A stretch of 63,714 nucleotides of DNA, the filler included, from Conidiobolus incongruus B7586 (taxonomy: Eukaryota): NCBI GenBank assembly GCA_000697335.1. It is 20 parts of 20 records of this genome, joined end to end, with 100 filler letters (N's around TTAATTAATTAA, not from the genome) between each part and the next. Parts side by side here need not be neighbours in the genome. Positions count along the whole stretch, not along the records: positions 8,852 to 15,416 come from JNEM01004256.1; positions 15,517 to 21,048 come from JNEM01004257.1; positions 21,149 to 26,962 come from JNEM01004258.1; 17 more parts are not named here. One strand, 5' to 3'. Below are positions 12,855 to 24,225 of the stretch, one piece after another. The position numbers and the translations under genes were made by a program. Each line of letters opens with the position of its first letter. Positions within the stretch are counted from its first letter, which is position 1. The notes beneath the pieces were generated by a model. That model was not told where the DNA came from. It saw only the letters and a list, made by a program, of their open reading frames with translations, and made no database searches.

Positions 12855-15800
12855 ATTTTAATAATGATGATTTAATAAATACCTTAGTTAAATCCCTATT
12901 GAAGCAAATAGCAATAATACAAATTAAATTTAATAATGGTTGGTGTTATTTATCTCGATATCTATAGGAGTTAAATTAAGATAAGTTGAGGGCCATTTAT
13001 TTGAATTAAACCAATATTTAAGTATGGTTATAATTCCTTAAAATGTATCCAATATATCAACTGTCATCTCATATTAATTTCATATTCAACTTACATCCCT
13101 ATTTATTTTCTAAACTTATTTATATTTTCACAGTACTGCTCAATATAAATTATTCTAGACAATATATAAATTGTGTCCTAGCCTATTTAGAAATAGTTGA
13201 TAAAAAGATAAATTAAAATATACAGGAGTTTTATTTTGATTAAGTACTCAAATATATTACAAATCAGCAAATGAATACTATTAATTTAAACTCGATATTA
13301 ACAATTAATAAAAATTGTTTCATCATTTGATTATGCCATTATTTATATTATGAATAAAAAAAATATACGGATTATTTTGAACTGAAATTCTTGGCTGTAG
13401 GTAAATTTACTCATTATAAAATAAATTATTGTCAAAAATATATTTGACTTGGTTTTAAATAAATATCACAATACATTCATAGGTATGTTAAATAATATTA
13501 TAATGTGAAAATATTATAATTATGAATATAATATGATATAAATGGATTGGTATTTTTAGTAAAATTCTAAGTAATAATAAATAATTTACTGAATTACAGG
13601 TTTAATCCACTTAAAAATGAGTTAAATACTTGTAATAGTTCACGTTCTGGATAATTTGATGTTTGATGAGATATGAAAATTTAACAACAGATATTATTGG
13701 ACTATTTAATCAATATATTTTGCTATTATGCTATCAATCATTATGTAGATAAACGTATGATCATTATTACCGCTGATACACTAAACACAACAAAATTATC
13801 AATATGTAAATGATTAATTAAATGAATCAATAATTTGTGGCTATATAAGTTTATGCTTTATCAAATTTATAAAGCTTATTCAAAAATATACTGTTTAAAA
13901 GGCAATAAATCTATGTTATATAATTAAACTATTTATGAGCATTTTAAACTATTTCAATGTTCAAGCACTGTTTATTAGTATGGTGACTGTTGATATATAA
14001 TGATGACGTTAAAAAATAACTAAATTTGGTACCACCTAAAATCTATCTCTGAAGCATTTATCAATATACTAGAGTAATATTTGGTTTAACAAATTAACAA
14101 TATAAAAATTACACTGTTATTGAATTTCCCAATTTATTCTGAATATAAAATGCCATTAAAAACTGATATAATTTTAAGAGCGCTTAGGAATAATTCAGAG
14201 ATATTCTTAGTTAATTTTAATAGTCTAATAGTATTATCAAACAATTTTATGGATGTAATTAAAAATAAACGAGCCTTGTGATACTCAATTCAAAATGAAA
14301 CTCTATAGAGTTTTGATCACATAGATATAATTTAGTTGAAACTAGTTTTATTCAATGAAATACATATTTTCAAATTGAACTGTATTTTATTAAACATATA
14401 TTGTATCATTCACTTAATATTATATTATTATGAATTATTTTATTTTAGCTCAAACCGAATTGTATATAACTGAATTTAAATTTTTCAAAATACAATATTG
14501 AAAATACGTTGTTCATTCTATGATAATCACGAACAATATTCTATTGTTTTGAATAATATCTATTAATGTATATAGAATACTCATTACATGTAGTTTTGTT
14601 GAAATTATATTGTTTGGCTGATATTGAAACTTGTGGCTTTAGTATACTAGATATTCTTTCAACAATAAAAGTTTCTATTATAAGATATTTAATACATCTT
14701 TCCATTGCTTGAATACATTTACAATAAATATTAATTCAATTCTTAATCAGTACTTTTCAAGCTTACTCATGTGATGACCCCTTTAGCCAAATTTTTTACC
14801 CGACCCCTTTAATTGGAACCAACATATTATACTAACACTAATTATTCATAAATTTTATATTTGTCAAATTAATTTTTGTTATACCTTCATAATTTGAGCC
14901 CAACAATTTTTAACTGTAACTGACAAGGGGTTAGAACTAGTCTTTTAATAAATCTTGATTTTAAGTATCAGATATAAGTTTTTATAATGAAAAATTTTAT
15001 AATTTTCAGGCTTTTCAATATTCAATTAAAATATTATTCTTTACACTGATAAATGATAAAATAAATAAGCTATTGAAATTAAATTAGTAATTAATTTTTA
15101 TCAATATAATTATATTAAATATATTACTTTAAATTTTAAGAAATGGAAAATTTTTTAATTTCTGATTTTTCAAATATATTATTAGTTTTAAATAAACAAA
15201 TATATATAAAATAAATAAGAAATCATATATTTTTAAATTATATATATAATGATTTTTTAAAATTAATAGTTTAATTATATTTAAATTAAATAATAATTAT
15301 CAAAAGTTTTTTATTTTAATATTAGTAAAATTAAATTATAAACCATTTAAAATTATTTAAAATTTATAAGTAACTTTTAATATTAAAATAATATTTAAAT
15401 TAATAATTTATTATTANNNNNNNNNNNNNNNNNNNNNNNNNNNNNNNNNNNNNNNNNNNNTTAATTAATTAANNNNNNNNNNNNNNNNNNNNNNNNNNNN
15501 NNNNNNNNNNNNNNNNCTTTATTTAATATATTTATTAAATTAAAACTTATATTATTTTATTTATTTTAGAAAATTAACTATATATAAATATATCAAAAAA
15601 AATATTTCTAAGAAAATTTAACAATAAATTTTAATTAAAAAGATTATATTTTATATATTAAAACCTAGTTGAAAATATAGTAAAAAATTATTATTAATAA
15701 AAAACAATATTAATTTGATATTATAAATTTTTTTGATAGTTCATATATTAATAATTTTATTTAATTAAAATTTCAAAATTTTAAGATTTTGTTATTATTT

Positions 15801-16643
15801 AAGTTTTATATTATTATTATTATATATTATTAATAAATTTCAACCAATCTTAATATCTTAAAATTAAATAAAAAAAATAATCGTCTTTATTATCTTTTAT
15901 AATTAAGTTAGAAAGATTAGATAGTTAAAAATATAAATACTTTGAATAAATAAAGTCAATTTCAAATTATATTTTGTTAAATCTGATAAATTCACATAAT
16001 TCAATAACTCAGAAATTGATCAAATACTTCATATTCATAATAATTAGTATAATAATACTTTAAAATATAAAAAATAATTTAGAATTTTTAAAATTTTATC
16101 TTAATTTAATTTAAAGATGTTTAAAATATAGTAATTGAAATAATAGTTTGATATTTAAAATATTGAAAAAATATAATACTAATTTAAACTTGCATCCAAT
16201 TTTGATCATTAAAATTGTTATAATGAATTGATATTTTGATGAGAAATGCATTGATAATTTTAAATACTTTATTACAGATTCATTTGATTTCGCATTTTGG
16301 ATCCAAAATTTATCAAATTTTATAGGTTGCGGAGTTAATATTACTAAATTCGTCAGACTTTTCTAATTATGTTAATCTAGACTCTATAAGGATATTCAAA
16401 AATTGAAGGATAGCTTACAATTTGGTGATTTGATGACTATTTAGTAATTTTTCAGTGTTTATTAATGTGGAAACTTCTTGTTAAGCTGTTCAGCAATTGT
16501 GTATTCGAATCAAGTTTCCAATATTTCTTGGAAAAAGGTTAAATATAATTTTAATATTGGGGATTCAAGTATATAAATACGTTTCTTTTAGATTGTTGAA
16601 AGAGAAGAGTATATATAATTGTGAATAATATTTGATATTTAAA

Positions 16644-17680
16644 ATGAAAAATTTCACGCAATTTCTTTCTTCCATATCTTTTCAAAACTTTCACCTCAAT
16701 TTGAAATTGCTGATCGATGGAGTTCATATAGCACAACTTAATGAACAATTCGATATTTTTTCAATTCAAGGAAATCTTACAATAAATTCACAAACTCCCA
16801 GTCTCATTAAAAGCATAACCATACAGTTCAAAGGTTATGCCAATAGAGTAAAGATATTCAACTGCTAGAATAAAAGTCTTTGATCATTGAAAATCAGATG
16901 GGATTGTTAGGTCAATGCTCCCAAATCCCCCAAGGTCCTTTCACTTTCACTTTCTAATTAACATTACCGAGGCCTTTACCACCAAGTGTTAGTTCAGAAT
17001 TTTTCAAACTCAACAAACTATTAATTACTATTGTTGAATCAGGATATCACAAATTCACTGATCAAATCCCAACCAAAGTCTACAATCTTCATCTAATCCC
17101 ACGAAATGGCATTTTATCCAATGCTTTCAATCATCCAGCATCAGCCAACACCTTGATTGACTATGGCATAGAATCCCTCCAAAGGTTCTTTGGAACTTCA
17201 GAAAGAGTCACATTTGCAATATTACTAAAGCCTAAGTCAAAGGTTAATATGGATTTCGTCAGTGCAAATGCATTTCAAAAAGTGATTGTTTTCAGTCGAT
17301 CTAACCAATCTCAGGATGAAATACCACAGACTATGACACTAAGTCAATATACTCATCACATCCAATCTCAAGCTTCCATACATGAACTTTGATTCAGTCT
17401 CCCTATTTCTGGTCACCGTTCCAGAAAGTTTAACTTGCCGCCGGTAGACTCCAAGCATTTTGACATTCAACACACCATACAAATCACAATCAAATAGAAA
17501 TTGAATACTGAAGCTTTTTCAAAAAGTTGCATATTTGAAGTGCCTATTGGCATTTCGATACAGTCAAATAATTTCTTAGAAACTGAGTTACCTAGTTACT
17601 TTAATATTTCTCAAAGTTCCACTTGTGTATCGATATCACAATTACCACCTAAATCTAGATATTTATTGATAAGAGAATAA
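16644..17680 (+). pseudogene. Alpha-arrestin-like pseudogene, tandem paralogue of 18037-18987
   Basis: Arrestin-N-like IQGNLTI...IKSITIQFKG, then IPQGPFTFTF*LTLPRPLPPS, FDIQHTIQITIK*, IFEVPI and a PY-like LPSY. One frameshift near 16870-16885 and in-frame TAG/TAA/TGA/TAG stops. Confidence 0.8.
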
Positions 17681-18036
17681 TTCTTAAAAATTTAATTAAT
17701 TAATTAATTAATTTATTATAAATAAAATAAGTTATAAAATTCTATCAACTAATAAATTAATTCTTATAATTGAAATTTCATGTTAATATATATAGTTTTT
17801 AAAATTGAATTTTATAAATTTCTAAAATTATTTTTTTTCAAATGAAATTGAAATGAGAGTTAATTGGATTAAAATAGTAAATTTTAATATGTTCCCATAT
17901 TTTAAATTAAATAGTTAAATTAATACAAATTTAAAAGTTAGAGTAGTGCAAATTGAGAATTTTTCAAACTAATATAAGCTCAATTAATCATCACTAACCT
18001 ATTATTTTTAATTAATCCACTATTACAATCATAATA

Positions 18037-18987
18037 ATGTTTTCTTTAAATTCTCCCAAATTTCAAATTGAACTCTTAACAGATCGTATCTACCTCAACC
18101 CAGAAGATTCTAATTCTCCATACAGTCTAATACATGGTTTTATAACTATTATTACTTCAAAATTCCTTCACTTTCAAGAATTTGTGATAAACTTTCACGG
18201 TTCTTTAAACCAAAACAGTCACTTTATTGATCAAATAGCACATGTTCCATTAAATATGATGGAACATGTGAAAGGGTTGACACCTGGTAAGTATAAATTA
18301 GCTTTTGATATTGTAATACCTAATCATTTACCTACTTCTTTACAGACCGAGAAATTCAGGATTGATTACTACGTACAAGCTCATGTTAGGACGAACTCTT
18401 ACAGAAGTGCGAAGTCGAATTTGGTACCTGTAAATATCCATAATTTTGAACAATTCAAGTTAGATAGCTTGATGAGTGTAAGTCGAGTTGAGCATATGGG
18501 AACTAGGGACAATACTTTCGATTATACTGTAGGACTCGATAGTAGAGTTATTGAGATTAGGGATCCCTTGACAGTTTATACTCAGTTCAAAATGTTACAA
18601 GGCTATCAATTACAATCCATCGATGTCAATTTATTACAAAATTCAAATGCTATTGGTAGCAAATCTCACTGTAAAACTATTCCCCTAACCAATTTGAGAG
18701 TTTCAGTATCCAATATTATTAACACTTCAATTGACTTAACTGTTGCCAATTCCATAATTCCAACCTACAAATCCAATTATCTCCATATCACTCACAGTCT
18801 TCAGCTGCTAATCCATTACAAATCACCTCAATCCCAAATTCATTGTTACTATATTGAAATTCCAATTATTTTAATTGGTAATCGAATTGAGTTGGAGACT
18901 TTGCCAAAGTATATAGAATCCGATTCTGATGTTGATAGTAGCTATATTTTACCAAAGTATGATGAGATCTGTGATAAATTGAACTAG
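18037..18987 (+). CDS. Alpha-arrestin-like (ART/Rsp5-adaptor type) protein, 316 aa, intronless
   Basis: Arrestin-fold motifs IHGFITI, LTPGKYKLAFDIVIPNHLPTS, IDYYVQA, IIPTY...ITHSLQL and IEIPI. Two C-terminal LPKY (L/PPxY) motifs. Confidence 0.85.
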   Translation: MFSLNSPKFQIELLTDRIYLNPEDSNSPYSLIHGFITIITSKFLHFQEFVINFHGSLNQNSHFIDQIAHVPLNMMEHVKGLTPGKYKLAFDIVIPNHLPTSLQTEKFRIDYYVQAHVRTNSYRSAKSNLVPVNIHNFEQFKLDSLMSVSRVEHMGTRDNTFDYTVGLDSRVIEIRDPLTVYTQFKMLQGYQLQSIDVNLLQNSNAIGSKSHCKTIPLTNLRVSVSNIINTSIDLTVANSIIPTYKSNYLHITHSLQLLIHYKSPQSQIHCYYIEIPIILIGNRIELETLPKYIESDSDVDSSYILPKYDEICDKLN

Positions 18988-19554
18988 TTACACTCTAATA
19001 GTAAAATGTTAAGTTAATAATGCCAATAGGTATTACAATATTGAAGTAAGTACCCCAAATTTAAAACTAATCCATCATCACATAAATTTTTTAACCATTT
19101 TTTATTTTAGATCTAGATCCGGTGTCTAATAAATTTTATTTTGTTTATTATTATTAATATTATTATTATTATTCATGTATATTAGTTATATTTATGTAAA
19201 TATTATTATCTTTCTAAAATCTTTCTAACTTAAATAAAATCTAAATTACTAATTTAAAATTTCTATTTGTTTTAATTAAAATTTCTCATTCTTTTCTATT
19301 TCAAATATTATTTATAATTAAACAATTTCAATTATTTAATATTAATATTCAAATATTATATAAGTTAATTTGAAAAATTTGAAATAGTAAAATAAAAAAT
19401 AAAAAAAGTTGGATTATGATTATTTTAATTATAAATGGTTATAGTGAATTGAATGGGATATTTATAGATGATAAAATATTTGTTGGAAATGATAATAAAG
19501 TGAAAAATTGGAAAATTAATTAAAATAATAATATTTGAATTGAACAAAAATTAG

Positions 19555-19627
19555 GCCCGGCTAGCTCAATCGGTAGAGCGTGAGACTCTTAATCTCAAGG
19601 TTGTGGGTTCGACCCCCACGTTGGGTG
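19555..19627 (+). tRNA. tRNA-Lys(CTT)
   Basis: 73-nt cloverleaf GCCCGGCTAGCTCAATCGGTAGAGCGTGAGACTCTTAATCTCAAGGTTGTGGGTTCGACCCCCACGTTGGGTG with A/B boxes and a downstream T-run. Confidence 0.95.
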
Positions 19628-20258
19628 CTATTTTGCACAATTTCAACTCTATTGCATGATATTATTTATTTTTGATATCTAAAATATTATAATTTTTTAT
19701 TTCATGTCATTAATAATAATATTGTTGACTACACATTATTTACTAACTATCCTCGATAATAATTATTATACATCAATATCTTATCTTCCTCCAAATCTTT
19801 GACTTAAACTTTTTGTATTTTATATTAAATACACCTCTCGAATACATTAATCATTTTAATGTTTTCACTTTTCATTTAAAACTTTATTTGTTTAAAAAAA
19901 TTATTTATTAAATAATATTCATCAAGTTTCAAAATTGATATTTTGATAAATATATGATATCAACTGAGAATTTTTATTAAAGTTTTTAATATATAATTAT
20001 TTGTTTTTTGTTTTACAATTTTAAATAACTTTGTAAATTGGTAATATTTAAATATTATAATATTATAAGGAACACTTTGAGCTTAAGAAAGTATAAGAAA
20101 AAACTCTAATATAATAAAAAATATTATATTTCTATAGAATTAAATAAGGAGAATTCTGAAAACATAATGATATATAAATATGTTATCAATTTATAAATAT
20201 TCTAATTTTTAGGTATAAATCAAATTTTAAAAAATTTATTAAATATATTCTAATTAAT

Positions 20259-20332
20259 ACTCCAATAACTCAGCTGGTTACAGCGTGGCAGCAATAACGC
20301 CAAGGTCAATTGCTCAATTCCTGTTGAGAGCA
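20259..20332 (+). pseudogene. Degenerate tRNA-Ile(AAT) pseudogene
   Basis: taactcagctggttacagcgtggcagcAATaacgccaaggtc resembles eukaryotic tRNA-Ile(AAU). The T-loop (gctcaat) and the acceptor and T stems are broken. Confidence 0.75.
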
Positions 20333-21754
20333 TTTATCTCATTTCATATTAATTTCAAATTTCTATTACTTTTTAACTGTTCATTAATACCACACTTCAT
20401 TATTACTTTAATATCCTTACAAAATATTTTTAATTTCTATATTTTAGCAGTTTTTAATTAATAATTTTAATATTTTCTATATTTGTATATTAATCCAATC
20501 TTTATTAAATAATAATATTTGATATATATTTTTAGATTAGAGTTATTAATTAATAATTTTAATAGTTTAGTTCAAAATTTTTTAATTCTAAAGATATTTA
20601 ACTCTATCAATTTGTTTAGAGACTAGCTTTTAAAATTTATATATATATATATAATTCTATATAATATATTTAACTATAGATAAATTAAGTTGTTTATACT
20701 TTTAAACTGAATATAATGTTATAAAGAGTATTAAATTAATAAACTAGGTTTTTTTATTTCCTCTTAATTTTTATAATCTTTTAATTTTCACTTATTATTT
20801 TTAAAATTAAAATTATATTTATTAACATATTTTATATTAATGTTATTTTAATAAAAAATCGAATATATTTATATTGACTTAATATTAAGCTTAAATAAAC
20901 TTTGTAGAATAATATATTAACTAATAATACAAATATTATATTATGCCTTTTTTATATTATATTAGTTTTAATATTTATATATTTATATAATTATCAAATA
21001 ACTAATTTATAATTTGATTAATTTAAATTATAAAATAATTATAATAAANNNNNNNNNNNNNNNNNNNNNNNNNNNNNNNNNNNNNNNNNNNNTTAATTAA
21101 TTAANNNNNNNNNNNNNNNNNNNNNNNNNNNNNNNNNNNNNNNNNNNNATATATATATATATATATTACAGATATTAATTTTCTTAAATATTTTATATAT
21201 AATTATTTTTTCAAAACTAGCAATAAGTTTGTAAGATGAAAATTTAAAAATTTGCTATCTTTTATTTTCTGAGCTATTATTTAACTTTATATTCTAAATA
21301 AAAAATTATTTAATAATAATATTAAAATAAATAAAAATTACTTATTATTTTAAAAATTAAGATAAAATAAATATTAATACATTATATAAAAAAATTAATA
21401 CAAATAATATTAAATATATAATATCATTATTTGATTATAATATATAATATAAATTTTTTATTAAATTGGTTTATAAAATATTTAATTTTAATAAATAAAA
21501 AAATTATTATTTAAATATCAGGAGATTATTAAAAATATAGCAAAGAGTTAATAACAAAAGAAGAGAGAATAAGTTTTATATTATTAATAATTGTATATTA
21601 TATATTATGAATTATATTTAAATTGTACTTAAAAAAGTCCTTTTACTAAAAATCAGAAGTAAGGATTAATTTTTTGATTGATTAAATATGATTATTTATT
21701 CTTCTCAGAAAATTATTTTAGGTTAGTAGTATTAACTAATATAAAATTTCAATA

Positions 21755-21952
21755 TTAAATATATATTTTATATTGTTTATTAGTCTCCAACTTTAGAGTA
21801 AACCGGATGATATCTGTAACTTCGATAAAATATTCATGACTGAAAAGTCTATCCTCTATTCTAAAAACCAGCCCAAATTCACGAGCTTTTCTCACATTAA
21901 TGAATGGGCAGGAGGTATTAAAAATTGCTAAATTTTTCATTATTGGTTTCAT
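21755..21952 (-). CDS. Possible small protein or gene remnant, 65 aa, unknown function
   Basis: ATG-started ORF coinciding with a locally less AT-rich patch. No recognisable motif. Confidence 0.25.
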   Translation of the reverse strand: MKPIMKNLAIFNTSCPFINVRKAREFGLVFRIEDRLFSHEYFIEVTDIIRFTLKLETNKQYKIYI

Positions 21953-23014
21953 GGTTTGATATTTTCAAGTTTTATGTTATAAAATAATTTTATTTAATAT
22001 ATACATATATATTTAAAATTACGGCTCTAAACAGTTGATAAAAATGGTATTAAAATGATTAATAATTATTAATTATGTTATTATCATTCCAAAATTCCAA
22101 TTAAAAAAAATACCCCTTAACTTGATTTTAATTAAAATTTTCAAAATATTTATTAAAAAATGATAAAATAATTATAACGTCATTAATTTTAAAATAAAAT
22201 TTTCAATTTTTTTTTAAAAAATAATAATTTTAATTTGAAATTTACTAGTTTAAGATATTTAACAATATTTGATAAATATCTATTTAAATTAAAAAATACA
22301 ATTAAAGTTTCAAAGTTAAAAAGTGATTAAAAAACCAGTCAATAAAACACCATAAAATTTAGGGAGTAAAATAAATATTTAGAGTTTTAATTAATTATAT
22401 AAATTGGTTTTACTTCGGATCGCTGCATTGTGATTGGTCATTAGTTGATAGGGTGATGTCACTTAATTAAATAATATATATATTAAAATTTTGAAGTTTG
22501 GATCGAGAATCGTAATTCGATGATTGGATAATTTTTAGTAGGATTCAGAGTTGTCATGGGGAATTGGATGGAATGAGATGATCCGAAAATTGAAAAAAAA
22601 TAGAAATTGAGAGATCAAATTTAGAAAGTTGAAAGAGCTGGAAACCGATGAATTTGAAAGAAAAGGATCGCCCGTTACCTTTAATTGAGTGCAACTACTG
22701 AATAGAGCACCCATACTCTATTGGATGTTAGAATAAAATATTTAAAGTCTAATATTGACTCATTGATGATGTTTTATGATTATTAATTTTGACAAGTTTT
22801 TGGTAGTTACCAAACCTTTAAAAAAATAAAACAGTGATGAATATTTAATAATACCATTAATTATTTTTCATTATAAAATAATGATGGTTTATTAGGGTGT
22901 TGTGCGTAATACGAGAGGGAGGATGGTATGTTGATATTATATGTTTTTTAGTTTCTATTTACACAAATTAAATAAACTTAAACTGGTATACAAGAAAGAG
23001 AATAAAAAACTTTG

Positions 23015-24225
23015 TCAGGTTTGGGGTTTTGGTTGAATACTTATGAACCGCATGGATTGGTTTGTATTTTCCGCTTTGGGAGCTTTACTTATCGACCTTT
23101 GTTTATTCTGGTCTCGGAAATATCTTATACCACATGCGTTACAAAGCCTAAAAACAGTATGTGAGAAGACATGAGGAGCTAGAAAAATAGGAGAGTGCAC
23201 TTACGTTTTAGGGCCCATAGGACCTTTCCTCCACTCGGGAGCTTCTGTTGTTCCACATTGCGTACAACGTAGATGCTCTCTGACAGGATTCTAACCAAAC
23301 AAAGACATTAGTAAGTACTCCGCTCGGATCACCTCCAAACCATATTGCTTACCTTTTTTTTTGAATTGGCAGCTTCCAATTTGCTATCATTGCTCTGACT
23401 CCGGTTCGTACTCGATTCTGATGATGAGTTAATAGTGTTACAAAGGGTGGTATCACTCGCGCTACCGGGTTCCTTTGGGGAGTAGCCCAATTTTTTATCC
23501 AACTTATCATAATATTGTAACTTTTTGTGCAGTGATTTTCTCTCCTGTTTCAGTTTTTCGATCAAAGTTTTAGTTAAGTCCATTTCGGAAAAATAAGGTT
23601 GAGCCATAACGAAGAAACATTTCTCTCTGGGGTAATTATAGTACTCTTTACTAATGTGAATTTCATTGGATTTTTTGCAATTACTATTACTACTACTATT
23701 ATTATTTTTACTGCTACTACTATTACCGCTGCTATTATTACTATTATTTTGGGACTTATATTTTAACTCTAATATTTTGTTCTCCTCTATTAGATAACTA
23801 ATCCGTCTAGCTTCGAATAAAATATAACCATTTTGTTTCTTTTCAAATCGGTAACAGATGGAAAATTCCGAATCGTCAGGACTATAAAAAAATTTTTGCT
23901 TGAAGAGTTCTAAATCTTCGTAATAAATAAATTTGGTTATAGATTGACCTATGAGTTCACTCGACCTATAACCTGTTAATTCTAAACAACTGAGTGAACA
24001 GCATAATATAGTACCCATTGGTGATAGTACATGAAAGAAATTGCTCGACATCAGTGAGCTAGAAGATGATTTGGATTTGGGTACTGAACTATTTGAGGAT
24101 GTGTTACTGGAATCTGTGGTTGTATCTTGAAATGAGTTGTTGCTGCAAAACGCTTGGTTATCATTAGAGGTTAACGAATTGCTACTACCCTCGTTGGAGC
24201 TAGTGTAACTGGTAGTATTATCCAT
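23015..24225 (-). CDS. PAS-domain + GATA zinc-finger transcription factor (White Collar-2-like), 363 aa; exons 24225-23353, 23290-23205, 23147-23015
   Basis: PAS motif FFHVLSPMGTILCCSLSCLELTGYRSSELIG...YRFEKKQNGYILFE, then a coiled segment and a spliced C-X2-C-X18-C-X2-C finger CTQCGTTEAPEWRKGPMGPKT|LCNACG. Donors are gtaagc and gtaagt. There is an in-frame stop just upstream of the ATG. Confidence 0.92.

Noticed and set aside
16644..17680. Stop-codon recoding or selenocysteine in the arrestin-like sequence
   Set aside because: All three stop types and a frameshift are present, and intact genes here end in TAA, TAG and TGA normally.
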